From assembly GCA_965206645.1 (NCBI GenBank), contig CBDBKE010000004.1, positions 2,080,001 to 2,144,000 on the forward strand: DNA of 64,000 bases. Direction: 5' to 3'. Source of the DNA: Terriglobia bacterium (lineage in GTDB: Bacteria > Acidobacteriota > Terriglobia > JAJPHL01 > JAPKYU01). The notes under the pieces are model-generated. The model was not told where the DNA came from. It made no database searches and saw nothing but the letters and a program-made list of their open reading frames with translations. The position numbers and the translations under genes were made by a program. Shown here in pieces: positions 20,055 to 29,955 of the stretch (the stretch's first letter is position 1; every line of letters starts with the position of its first letter).

Positions 20055-21299
20055 CTATCGAAGCTGCTCCATCAAATCGCAGGCCTGTTCAAGGGATCTG
20101 CTGTCGGCGACGTCGCCGACTCGCCGTATGCAGTTCTCCTTCACTGCCGGCGACCTGAGCAGGCGGTCCAAATATTTGAGAACTGTAGCCGTCTTGTAAT
20201 CCCTCGGTAGAAGAAAATCTCCGACCCCAAGATGCCGGATGCGAACAGCGTTGTCCGGCTGGTCGTGAGCTGAGGGAACGACGATCTGCGGGACGCCCGC
20301 GGCGAGTGCTTGCGCGGTTGTCCCAATGCCGCCGTGATGCACAAAGGCGGCCGCTCGCGGCAATACCGTACTGAACGGTATGTAGTTGAAGTGACGAACC
20401 CCGTTGGGGAGTCGTGCGGGGAGTTGCTCAGGATACTGGGTCAGAAACAAACCTCGCCGCCCACTGGCGCGGCAGACTTCCGCCGAAATCCGGAAGAACT
20501 CTCTGCCCTGGACCATAGCCGAGCCCGCAGTGAAGACGACTGGTGCATCGCCGGCATCGAGGAACTCTTCCGCCTCGGGAGTACGTTGCCGCAGGTCTCC
20601 TTCGTCCCAGAGTGGAAAGCCAGTGAGACGAACATTGGGGGGCCAGTCGGGAGGGGGCGTCGCGAACCATTCCGGGAAAAGTCCGATGATGAGCTGGGGC
20701 GAGTGAAACCAGCGATCGAACAGCCGGCGAACTGGGGGCAGCCCGAGTTCGGCGCGAAACGCGTTTGTATCCGGTGCCAGCAGACGGTCAATGAGAAACC
20801 GGTCCACCGCTCGTAGGTAAGCACTCCTCAGCGGGCGCGGCAAGTGACCGATGATGTCCGGAAAGCCAAAGCAACCAGGCTCGAGTGTGCTGCGCAGCAT
20901 GATCGGTTGCAGGTGCACGGTTGCCAGCGGCACGCCGAGCTTCTCTTGTGCAATGCGGGCGCCGAGCGCTGTGCCCGGGGCGGCAACGACGGTTTGGCCG
21001 GGCTCATTAAGCCTGGCAATGAGATCGTAGATTCGGGGCACCGAAGGCAGGATCAAGCGTCGAGCCAACACAAAAAAGGACCGGAGAGGATGCCACATGT
21101 CCGGATCGCGAATGGCCTCATAGTACTCGTCGTCGGTGCCGAGTCCGGCGAACTCCAGACCGGCGCGCTGCGCCAATGAATGGAAGATCGAGGCAGCGAC
21201 AAGGAGGACCTGGTGGCCACGCCGGCGTAGGGCCAGGGCAAGGCCCACGTTGGGGTGAACGTCACCGGCGCTGCCGAGGCCGATTACGATGACTTTCAT
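20055..21299 (-). CDS. GT1 glycosyltransferase (RhlB rhamnosyltransferase-like)
   Basis: GSAGDVHP, HHGGIGTTAQALAAGVPQ..P.AHDQPDNA. Confidence 0.9.
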   Translation of the reverse strand: MKVIVIGLGSAGDVHPNVGLALALRRRGHQVLLVAASIFHSLAQRAGLEFAGLGTDDEYYEAIRDPDMWHPLRSFFVLARRLILPSVPRIYDLIARLNEPGQTVVAAPGTALGARIAQEKLGVPLATVHLQPIMLRSTLEPGCFGFPDIIGHLPRPLRSAYLRAVDRFLIDRLLAPDTNAFRAELGLPPVRRLFDRWFHSPQLIIGLFPEWFATPPPDWPPNVRLTGFPLWDEGDLRQRTPEAEEFLDAGDAPVVFTAGSAMVQGREFFRISAEVCRASGRRGLFLTQYPEQLPARLPNGVRHFNYIPFSTVLPRAAAFVHHGGIGTTAQALAAGVPQIVVPSAHDQPDNAVRIRHLGVGDFLLPRDYKTATVLKYLDRLLRSPAVKENCIRRVGDVADSRSLEQACDLMEQLR

Positions 21300-21393
21300 T
21301 GTCCTGTGGACAGTCTAACAGCACGGCAGCTTGGGGGACTGATGCCCTCCACCGGCGGCTAGCGCTCCGGCTGGCAAATTTTCGCTGCTCCGC

Positions 21394-21481
21394 CAGTTTC
21401 TGGTAATCCGACTATACGCCCATGTGAAACCGGGATTGGTAAACACTAGCCCGTTAGTAAGGACCTATCCGGCATCGCTGG
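21394..21481 (-). repeat. Twin-34-bp-site element, copy E
   Basis: Minus strand ATAGGTCCTTACTAACGGGCTAGTGTTTACCAAT-N8-CACATGGGCGTATAGTCGGATTACCAGAAACTGG. Confidence 0.75.
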
Positions 21482-21536
21482 ACATGCAACCCCTCCGGTT
21501 GTAGTCTTGGGCAATCGTTTCCGAGGGGGAACAGCC

Positions 21537-21830
21537 ATGCGCAGGCCCTTGATTCGTCAAATAGGACCGGGAATGGCGCTGCTAGCGCTCGGGCTGCTCG
21601 CTAGCGACGTGGTGGAGGTGGGTTCCGGCCCTGTCCTTGCCGACAAGCCATACTCCGTAGCGAAAGCTCCAGAGGCCGACAAGCTGCAGGTGGTGGAGAG
21701 TTTCGGAAAACTGCCTCTTTATTTCATTGAGAACCAGGAGCAGCTCGCCCCTCGCGTCGCCTACTACATCCATGGTGGCGACAAGAGCAATCTACTTCAC
21801 TGGCCGCGGTGTCACATTCGCGCCAACGGC
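21537..21830 (+). pseudogene. N-terminal fragment of a secreted SBBP/beta-propeller-type surface protein
   Basis: Signal peptide then FGKLPLYFIENQ..RVAYYI.GGDK; frameshift to IYFTGRGVTF, then truncated. Confidence 0.6.
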
Positions 21831-22056
21831 CTTGCTGTGGGAGAGGGGTTGGCCGCCAAGGCCAAGAAACAATCGGGGCGCGATTAGAAGTACCCCGGAT
21901 GCAGGGACGCTCAAGCTTACGGCTGGAAGTTCAGGCGGCGCAGCAAGGTCTTGGAAGCGGGCGTCGGAACGCAGTTGGTTCCAGAGTCAGCTCATCCTTC
22001 TTTCCGGCTTGCTTCCCGCGGCCCAGGCGGGTGTTCTTAACGTGGACTCGCAGATT

Positions 22057-22410
22057 CACTTCCAGCCGACCCTCGGGTTGAACTTGAGGTTAAAGGTGTA
22101 GGCGCGTCTCCACCATCACGTTGTACCTCACGGAAATGTTCACCCTGTAGGTGCTCTTGACCACCCGTACTTGGTCCGGTTTGACGGGCAGACCCAGGTC
22201 CTTGGCCCTCCTCAGGACCTCTTCTCGAATATTTCCCTCGGTTCTACTCTGAGCATAGCTGGCAAAGCGGGCCACCGTGTTGATGTCGTCCTGGAACTGG
22301 TAGTTGTTTACTAGGGGAGGGCCAAGCTTGATTCCCAGGTAGACGAGGACCCCAAACAGCGCGACCGCAAGCAGGGCCTTGAAGCTGATCATTCCAGATT
22401 GCCTGCTCAT
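22057..22410 (-). pseudogene. DUF4845-like small membrane protein, frameshifted near the C-terminus
   Basis: Pilin-like N-terminal TM; tail AYTFNLKFNPRVGWK* is in another frame. Confidence 0.5.
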
Positions 22411-22567
22411 AGATTGACCCCTCGGTCGTGCACTTATGAACGCCGGAGCAATAATAGACCAGGGAGCGCCGCGTAAGCGGCGATTTCTGGCGGTGCAAAA
22501 TTAGACCAGCGCAGTTCGATTCCATCAAACATTGTGATTCTGATGTGTTTTGTGAAACACCGGAGGT

Positions 22568-24067
22568 GTGCACACAGTGGAACTCTATGCGCGTGTTCGA
22601 CGAGCAGTTCAGGCTGAGGGGATCAGTGAACGGGAGGCGGCGCGGCAGTTCGGGCTAGCCCGCGAGACGGTCCGCAAGATGCTGCGGTACTCGATCCCTC
22701 CGGGCTATCGGCGGCAGCAGCCGGCGCGGCGGCCGAAGCTGGATGCCTGGGTGGGGATCATCGACCAGATCCTGGAGCAAGATAAGGCCCAGAGCAAGAA
22801 GCAACGCCACACGGCCAAGCGGGTTTTTGAGCGGCTGCGGGAGGAGCACGGATTCCCGGGCGGCTACACCATCGTGAAGGACTACGTGCGGCTGCGGAAG
22901 CTGAGCCAGCGGGAGATGTTCGTGCCGCTGGAGCATCCACCGGGGGAGGCCCAGGCCGACTTTGGCGAAGCGCAAGTGGTGATCGGCGGGGTGGAGCGCA
23001 AGGCGCACTATTTCGTGATGGAGCTGCCGCAATCGGACGACTGCTTCGTGATGGCGTTTCCGGCTGAGACGACCGAAGCGTTCTTAGAAGGGCACAACCA
23101 GGCGTTCGGCTACTTCGGCGGAGTGCCTCGCACGATCCTGTACGACAACACCAAGCTGGCGGTGAGGCAGATCCTGGGTGACGGAACACGGAACAAGACG
23201 CGGGCGTTCTCCGAACTGCAGAGTCACTACCTGTTTGCGGAGAAGTTCGGACGACCGGGCAAGGGCAATGACAAAGGGAAAGTGGAAGGACTAGTGGGTT
23301 ACGTGCGGCGGAACTTCCTGGTGCCGGTGCCGCGGTGTGCCAGCTGGGAGGAGTTGCACGCGAAGCTGCGGGAACAGTGCACCCGGCGGCGAGAGCGGCG
23401 TCTGCGAGGACATCAAGAGACGATCGGCGAGCGGTTCGCGAAGGATCAACAGAGGCTGCTGCCCCTGCCGGCGACGCCCTATGAGGCCTGCGACAAACGG
23501 ACCACACGGGTGACGTCACTGTCGCTGGTGCGGTATCGATCCAACGACTATTCGGTGCCGGTGGCTTGGGGGCACCGGGAGGTGCTGGTGAAGGGATTCG
23601 TCGAGGAAGTGGTGATCTGTGCAGCGAGCGAAGTGATCGCACGCCATGTCCGGAGCTAGGAACGGGAAGAGATGATCTTCGATCCGTTGCACTATCTGGC
23701 GCTGCTGGAGCAGAAGCCGAACGCGTTGAACCAGGCCGCCCCCCTGGCCGGCTGGGAGTTGCCGGAAGGCTTCGCGCAACTGCGGCGGCTGATGGAGGCG
23801 CGGTTAGGCAAGAAGGGCAAGCGGGAGTATGTGCAGGTCCTGCGACGGCTGGAGACGTTCCGTTGGACGGAAGTGTCGCTGGCCGTCGAGGACGCCTTGC
23901 GGCTGGGGGCGATCTGGTCTGACGCGGTCAAGCATCTGCTGCTGGGCCGGATCGAGCAGCGGCCGGCGCGGCTGGACCTGGAGCACTATCCGCACCTGCC
24001 GGCGACGCAGGTGGCCACCACAGCCGCCGCCGACTATCTGACCCTGCTCCGGGAAGGAGTCTGCTGA
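22568..24067 (+). pseudogene. istA: IS21 transposase IstA with one in-frame TAG (23657-23659)
   Basis: AQADFGEA, ILYDNTK, KGKVEGLVGYVRRNF; the 23672-24067 ORF continues in the same frame. Confidence 0.9.
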
Positions 24068-24831
24068 TGGACACGCCCCAGGTGTTGCTGGAACACCATC
24101 TGAAGGCCCTGCAATTACCCACCTTTTTGCGTGAGTACGACAAGGTGGCGCAGCAGTGCGCTGCCGAGGGCGTGGACTTCCCGCGCTACCTGCTGCGGTT
24201 GACGGAGCTGGAGCTGCTGGACCGGGAACGGCGCGCCACCGAGCGGCGCATTCACCAAGCCAGGTTCGACGTGGTGAAGAGCCTCGACAGTTTCGATTTC
24301 CTGGCCCTTCCGTCGCTGAATAAGGCCTTGGTGCTCGAGCTGGCCCGAGGCGAGTTCATCGAACGCAAGGAGAACATCCTGGCTTTAGGGAACTCGGGCA
24401 CGGGAAAAACCCACATTGCGTTGGCGCTGGGACTGGCCGCCTGTCAGAAAGGGTTCCGGGTCCGGTTCACTACGGCGGCCTCCCTGGCGCATGAGCTGAT
24501 CGAGGCCAAGGACGAGCGGCGCCTGATGCGGTTCCAGAAGATGCTCTCCAGTTTCGAGCTGTTGATCATTGACGAGCTGGGTTTCGTGCCGCTATCCAAG
24601 ACTGGGGCGGAGTTGCTGTTTGAGGTCTTCAGCCGGCGCTACGAACGCAGCGCCACCGTGGTGACCAGCAACCTGCCGTTCAACGAATGGACGGAGGCCT
24701 TCGGATCGGAGCGGCTGACCGGAGCCCTGCTGGATCGTCTCACCCACCATGTCCACATCCTGGAGATGAACGGGGAAAGTTGCCGGCTCAAGGACAGCAA
24801 ACGAAGGCGTTCCGGAAAGCCTCGCGCCTGA
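24067..24831 (+). CDS. istB: IS21 helper ATPase IstB
   Basis: GNSGTGKTH, LLIIDELGF, TSNLPF..W, ALLDRLTHH. Confidence 0.95.
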   Translation: MDTPQVLLEHHLKALQLPTFLREYDKVAQQCAAEGVDFPRYLLRLTELELLDRERRATERRIHQARFDVVKSLDSFDFLALPSLNKALVLELARGEFIERKENILALGNSGTGKTHIALALGLAACQKGFRVRFTTAASLAHELIEAKDERRLMRFQKMLSSFELLIIDELGFVPLSKTGAELLFEVFSRRYERSATVVTSNLPFNEWTEAFGSERLTGALLDRLTHHVHILEMNGESCRLKDSKRRRSGKPRA

Positions 24832-25071
24832 TCTCACCCAATACTGGGCGACGAGTTGCGAGGGCGGCTTCCACTCCGGCCTAACCGCGCCGCCCTGCGG
24901 GCGTCGCAGGCCTCCGCTCCAACCGCCCCCGCAACTCCCTCTCAAATCAAAGCTTCCACCACCCCTGAACTGGTCTACTTTCTCTCCGCCGGAGTGGTCT
25001 AGTTTTACTCCGCCCTTGACACGCGTACCGATTCCAGACCGCGGCCAGCCCCAATTGCCTCAAGAAGACGC

Positions 25072-26133
25072 CTAGGTTGGGAACATAGGCCCCCGAACGA
25101 AACGCGTTCTGATAAGGATTGCAGCGACGGCAGCAGGGGTGTCATGGACGTGGCGCCAATGGTGGGCTTGGGTCACGTAAGCAATTTCGTCGCTGAGGAT
25201 GAAAGCCAGTTGAGCCTCGTTCTTGAGCGCGGCTAGGAGCCCCGTGTTGACCAATATTGTTCCATCCGGAAACGCTGACGCATTGATGTCTGCCTTCTCG
25301 ATTACGTAGAACCGAAATTCAATTCCGCTGTTGGAAGGTAGGCGGATAACGCTGGGCGGAATCAATTCTTCGCCTAGGCGCGCGATGTAGTTCTGCACTT
25401 CTTTTACCGGGAAAAGCTTGAGTCTTCCCAAAACCTTTTTCTTTTTTCGGAACTCTAGAATATCAATATCTGTCTGCAGGTCTCTGGCGCGAACCACCTT
25501 CACACCGCCCATTTCGTAGGCTTCGGCGGGAGACCGCTCTCCAAACTCCACGTTTTTGGCCGTCACGAGTCCGTCCTCGCGCCGCACCCCACGATAACGT
25601 ACAAATCGGCCGGCCAAGTCTGGTCTTGTGTGATCCGTTCCAACTGCGCCGGGTTGGATTTTGTCGTCCTGCGACAAGACAACCCTGGTGTTCTCGTCGA
25701 GCAACAGCACCTCTCCATTGACTGCGACTTGGGATGGCGCACCGTTCGCCACCTTCTGCAGCTTTCCAGGGTTGTCTTCCAGGAAGTATCCGCTTCCTTT
25801 GATCTCTGCTCTAAACTGGTCCCACCGGCAGGCTGCCTTCCGGGCCTTTAACCTGTGCCTCCCCGCCCAGATTCCATCCACCTGGACCAGCATTCCCACT
25901 GTCAACTCACTCGGTCCGAACTTCCGTCCCGGCGGCGCTCCCAGCATTTTGAACTTAGTCGAGCGATCGTAGGCGATGACGTCCTCCAAGATTTCGAATG
26001 TTCCTTTCTGGCTCACGGCGGTGATATATCCCTGGAACTTCCCCCGCACTTTCACCGCAGGCGAGGACAGGCTGGGTGTCGCGGGCTTCGGCGTCTTGAT
26101 GGTGGCTTCGGCTATCCTGGGGATCGTCAACAA
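25072..26133 (-). pseudogene. M48-family metallopeptidase (with DUF5666-like repeats), truncated at both ends
   Basis: INASAFPDGTILVNTGLL..NEAQLAFIL; the HExxH position reads DEIAY; C-terminus lost next to IS21. Confidence 0.7.
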
Positions 26134-26151
26134 AATTTGATTCTTGGCCCA

Positions 26152-26473
26152 CTACTTCAGTTCGTAGACCGGTTCCATGAGGGCCCGCAATTCGCCTGGC
26201 TTGGCCTCCGGGACCACTTCCTGGAACGTGCGCATCAGTTGATCCCACTGCGCGCATTTAGGGTTCTCGAGATACTTGTCGAAGTCGCGCGCCAGGTCGA
26301 AGTCGCCCCGCGCTCCATGTACATGAACATTCGTCGGCCGAGCAGGAAGATCTTTATCCCCGTGATACCCACCCGGCGGATGCTCCACTCCACCTCCGGC
26401 CATACCTGCCGGTGGTGCTCCTTGTAAGCAGCGATGCCTTTGGGATCATCAGGGTCAGGCCAAAATATTTCAC
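26152..26473 (-). pseudogene. L-rhamnose/L-fucose mutarotase (DUF718), two frameshifts
   Basis: MKYFGLTL / DDPKGIAAYKEHHRQVWPEV..MFMYME / WDQLMRTFQ..MEPVYELK; RBS GAGGAGG. Confidence 0.75.
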
Positions 26474-26503
26474 CGTTGTCCTCCTCGAGGAGCTTCGCTT
26501 CTT

Positions 26504-27343
26504 CTATGCAAGCTGGTAGAAGCGGCGGGCATTACCACCCCAAATCTTGGCCGCCTCCGCCTCACCCAGCGGCCCCAGGGCGTGCCGCAGCGCGTCCACA
26601 ACCTGCTGATAAGATCCGGCCAGCGTGCACACCGGCCAATCACTCCCGAAAAGCAGGCGATCAGTGCCGAACTGCTTGACCACATGCTCCACGTAAGGCT
26701 TAAGGTCGTCGGGAGTCCAGGTTTGCCAGTTGGCTTCCGTAATCATGCCTGAAAGTTTGCACCACAGCTGGGGCAGGCGCGCCACAGTTTCCAAGTCGCG
26801 GTCCCACCCGTCCATCTTCGCTTGCGCAATAGGCGGCTTGGCAATGTGGTCCACCACCAACTTCAAACCCGGGCAGCGGTCTCGGAGCCTGGGAATATAG
26901 TTCAGGTGCCTGGGCTGCACCAGAAGATCATAGGGGATGCCGCGGCGTTCGAGCTCCCCCAGTCCCGCGAGCACAACTTCGCGGACCACCCAGGCGTCGT
27001 CGGGTTCGTCCTCAATGATGTGCCGCACACCTTTGAACTTGGGGTGGCGCTGGAACTCATCCAGATCTCTTCCCAGGTTGGGGCTGGTCAGGTCCACCCA
27101 TACCACCGCTCCGGCGATGAAATCGTTAGCCCCCGCCATCTCCAGAAACCAGCGCGACTCCTCCAGCGAGTGCTGCGCCTGCACCAGGATGGTGCGGTCC
27201 ACTCCCGCCTGAGCCAGGAGCGGCTTCAGGTCTCGAGGAAGAAAATTGCGGCGCAGGGGATCGACCTGAGGCGTCATCCAGGGATACTGGAAGCGACCGA
27301 CGTCCCAGAAGTGTTGATGGGCATCTACGACCAGCTCGCTCAC
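26504..27343 (-). CDS. Amidohydrolase, L-fuconolactonase-like
   Basis: VDAHQHFW, KGVRH, VVDHIAKP, CKLSGM.TEA, FGSDWPVC. Confidence 0.9.
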   Translation of the reverse strand: MSELVVDAHQHFWDVGRFQYPWMTPQVDPLRRNFLPRDLKPLLAQAGVDRTILVQAQHSLEESRWFLEMAGANDFIAGAVVWVDLTSPNLGRDLDEFQRHPKFKGVRHIIEDEPDDAWVVREVVLAGLGELERRGIPYDLLVQPRHLNYIPRLRDRCPGLKLVVDHIAKPPIAQAKMDGWDRDLETVARLPQLWCKLSGMITEANWQTWTPDDLKPYVEHVVKQFGTDRLLFGSDWPVCTLAGSYQQVVDALRHALGPLGEAEAAKIWGGNARRFYQLA

Positions 27344-27363
27344 GCTGCCACCTCTTCAGCTTC

Positions 27364-28365
27364 TCAGTGGGATTTCTCCCCCGGCAGCGGCGCTTCGGGG
27401 GGAAGGTGCTTTTTCGAGCGCAGTTCGGCCCAGAACTCGGGCGGGATGGGATGACTCATCAAACGGAAGTTTTCTTCCACTTCCGCCACCGCCCGGGCTC
27501 CGGGGATGACCGTGGCCACGGCGGGATGCGCCAAGGGAAACTGCAAGGCCGTCGCCCGCAACGGCACCGCATAGCGGGCGCAGATGCCCTCGATCTGCCG
27601 CACTTTCTCAAGCAGCTCAGGCGGCGCCTCCGCGTAGTTGAACTTGGCCCCGGGCTGAGCTCCGGTGGCCAGAATGCCGCTGTTGTAAGGCCCGCCGATG
27701 CTGATGCTGATGCCCTTCTTCAGGCAGAGCGGCAGCAGCTCCTCGTGGCTCGTGTGGTCAATCAGGGTGTAACGGCCAGGCAGCAGAAAACAGTCAAAGT
27801 TGGCTTCGCGGGCAAAACGCGCTGGCATCTCCCTTTGGTTCATGCCCGCTCCCACGGCGCCAATCACGCCCTGGCTGCGCAGCCTATCGAGGGCACGGTA
27901 GGCGCCTTGGAGAGCCTCGTCGTAAGCATCATCAGGGTCATGGATGTGCAGCACGTCAACGCGGTCCAGATTCAACCGCTTCAAACTCTCTTCGAACGAC
28001 CGCATCACGCCGTCATAGCTGAAATCAAAGACAGGTATGAAGGGAGGAAGGTTTTCAAACCAGATGCTTTCCACCTTGCTGGGATCTTCCGACTCCAGCA
28101 CCCTTCCCACCTTGGTGGCTAGCACGTAGGAGTGCCGCGGGCAGCCAGCCAGCGCTCGGCCCAGGCGCAACTCGCTCTTTCCATGACCATAGAGCGGCGC
28201 CGTGTCGATGAAGTTGATGCCCAGCTCAAGAGCGCGCCGTACCGTGGTCGTGGCCGTCTCTTCCGCAATGTCCTTGTAAAGCCCGCCCAGCGGGGCTCCT
28301 CCCAGGCCCAGGCGTGTCACCTGCACTTTGGTCTTTCCGAGTTGAACTTTTCCCAGTGGGTTCAT
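27364..28365 (-). CDS. Aldo/keto reductase, D-threo-aldose (L-fucose) 1-dehydrogenase-like
   Basis: DTAPLYGHGKSE.RLG, TKVGR, FDFSYDGV.RS, IHDPD, GRYTL, YNSGILA. Confidence 0.88.
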   Translation of the reverse strand: MNPLGKVQLGKTKVQVTRLGLGGAPLGGLYKDIAEETATTTVRRALELGINFIDTAPLYGHGKSELRLGRALAGCPRHSYVLATKVGRVLESEDPSKVESIWFENLPPFIPVFDFSYDGVMRSFEESLKRLNLDRVDVLHIHDPDDAYDEALQGAYRALDRLRSQGVIGAVGAGMNQREMPARFAREANFDCFLLPGRYTLIDHTSHEELLPLCLKKGISISIGGPYNSGILATGAQPGAKFNYAEAPPELLEKVRQIEGICARYAVPLRATALQFPLAHPAVATVIPGARAVAEVEENFRLMSHPIPPEFWAELRSKKHLPPEAPLPGEKSH

Positions 28366-28653
28366 GACGTCCTCCCCCGTGCCAATGAGTCCGATACGCT
28401 TACATTGAAAGGACGCGCCAATTTCGGTAGTGCGCTAAGAGTGCGTTGCCCTAGAGTCAGATAGTAACCTCTTGTCAACGCGGGCGCTAAGGAGTTTCGA
28501 CTCCGTCCATGCGGGTGGGCGTTGAACACTTAGGGGAAGAGTCTGGCCGGTCATGCGAATCCCCCTCTTGCTCGGCCATCCTACTCTTGGCTTCCATGAC
28601 CGAGGGTGGGCACTGCGTAGTTTGATGATACAATCGCGAGGAAGAAGGCCTGA

Positions 28654-29547
28654 ATGATTTGCTTGGTGCTTGCGCTCTTCTTGGTTCTGTTTTCGGCTGG
28701 ATCCAGTTTCGGGCAGACCAACCCGACCCAGACAGATCCGTCCCGCTTGAAAGAAACCACCCAGCATACCTATGGGCCGTTCACCTTGAAGGGCCAGTCC
28801 CTGCAACAGATGGCGGAGCCCAAGGAGGTGATCTTCCCGGATGACGACGTGTGGCTGGTGGGCTACCACACCGAAATAGTTGATGGCTTGGGCAACCGGC
28901 TTCCCCGGGAACTGCAGTGTCATTCCTTTCTAGGAAGCAGCAATCCGCACAACCTTCCCGACGACTTCGCCTTGGGCCTGTTCTCGGATGGCTACACGGA
29001 AAGCATCCAATTGCCCCCAGGTTTCGGCATTTTCTTCAAAGCCGGCGAGCGTCTCACGTGGACCCCGCTGTTTAACAACCGGAATCCGCTGCCCGTGACT
29101 GCTTCCATGCGGGTTCGGTTGGATTTGATTCGCGCCCGCGACCTGCCCCAAGGGCTGAAGCCTCTCACCACGACGGTCCGCAGCGTGCACAAGGACAAGG
29201 GGAGCAACATGTATATGGTTCCGCCGGGTAGAGACGTGCGGGAAAACACGTCCCACTTGCCTTTCGTTGGGAAAATCCATGTGATGGGAGCTCATCTCCA
29301 TCCCTACGGAGTGTCGGTGGAACTGGTGAACCTGACGCGCGGCCACTCGGTTTGGAAAGCCGTGGGCACCAAGGATGGAAGCGGAAAACTGGTGAAGATG
29401 CCGGTCTACGTGAACCCGGAAGGCTATGACGTGGAAGCAGAAGAGCAGTTCAAGGTAGTGGCCGTCTACGAGAATCCAACCGAGCAGCCGGTGGATGCCA
29501 TGGCCGGGGTCTTCATTCTGTACTCGCAGGCCGAAACCGCTCCCTGA
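28654..29547 (+). CDS. Secreted hypothetical protein with copper-monooxygenase-like HxH..M motif
   Basis: Signal peptide; GAHLHPYG and C-terminal YEN...DAMAG. Fold call is inference. Confidence 0.55.
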   Translation: MICLVLALFLVLFSAGSSFGQTNPTQTDPSRLKETTQHTYGPFTLKGQSLQQMAEPKEVIFPDDDVWLVGYHTEIVDGLGNRLPRELQCHSFLGSSNPHNLPDDFALGLFSDGYTESIQLPPGFGIFFKAGERLTWTPLFNNRNPLPVTASMRVRLDLIRARDLPQGLKPLTTTVRSVHKDKGSNMYMVPPGRDVRENTSHLPFVGKIHVMGAHLHPYGVSVELVNLTRGHSVWKAVGTKDGSGKLVKMPVYVNPEGYDVEAEEQFKVVAVYENPTEQPVDAMAGVFILYSQAETAP

Positions 29548-29905
29548 CGGGTCGTCTCCCTTCGCCCCGCCCGTAAGCAACCCACCAAAGCCCAGGGGTA
29601 TAGCGCAGGAACAAGACTGGCGAGAAAAGCCGGTAGTGGGCTACCTTGATTCCCGTGGGAGCTGTCGTGGTCGTAGCGGCGGCCTTTAGGCCGCCATGGT
29701 TTTGGCAGGCCGAAGCCTGCCGCTACGCCAACAACCCGTGGCAGGCTAAAAGCGTCCAAAAGGGTCAAAACAGCCCACTACCCCCAAGCCTCAGTACTTC
29801 ACGGCTGAGTGCCTCGTCAGAGCCACCAGAACGCACCTGGCGCGCCCCAGCCGCGTTGTCACGACTAGCTTAGACTCATCTGGTGATTATGATGGGAGAA
29901 AGCAA

Positions 29906-29937
29906 GTCCGCCTCCAGACTTGCGTCTGGAGGCGGAC
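29906..29937. terminator. Perfect 14-bp hairpin downstream of the TonB-dependent receptor
   Basis: GTCCGCCTCCAGAC-TTGC-GTCTGGAGGCGGAC; followed on the minus strand by TTGCTTTC. Confidence 0.7.
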
Positions 29938-29955
29938 CATGTGTGTGGATAGGAG

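Larger units (their letters stand above)
22435..25021 (+). mobile_element. IS21-family element
   Basis: Ends TATGAACGCCGGAGCAATAATAGACCAG and reverse complement TGTCAAGGGCGGAGTAAAACTAGACCAC, each with tandem subterminal repeats; istA-istB inside; no TSD seen. Confidence 0.9.

Noticed and set aside
23657-23659. In-frame TAG in istA as pyrrolysine or readthrough
   Set aside because: The position corresponds to an ordinary residue (likely Tyr) and the IS left end is also mutated (TA rather than TG), so simple decay is more likely.
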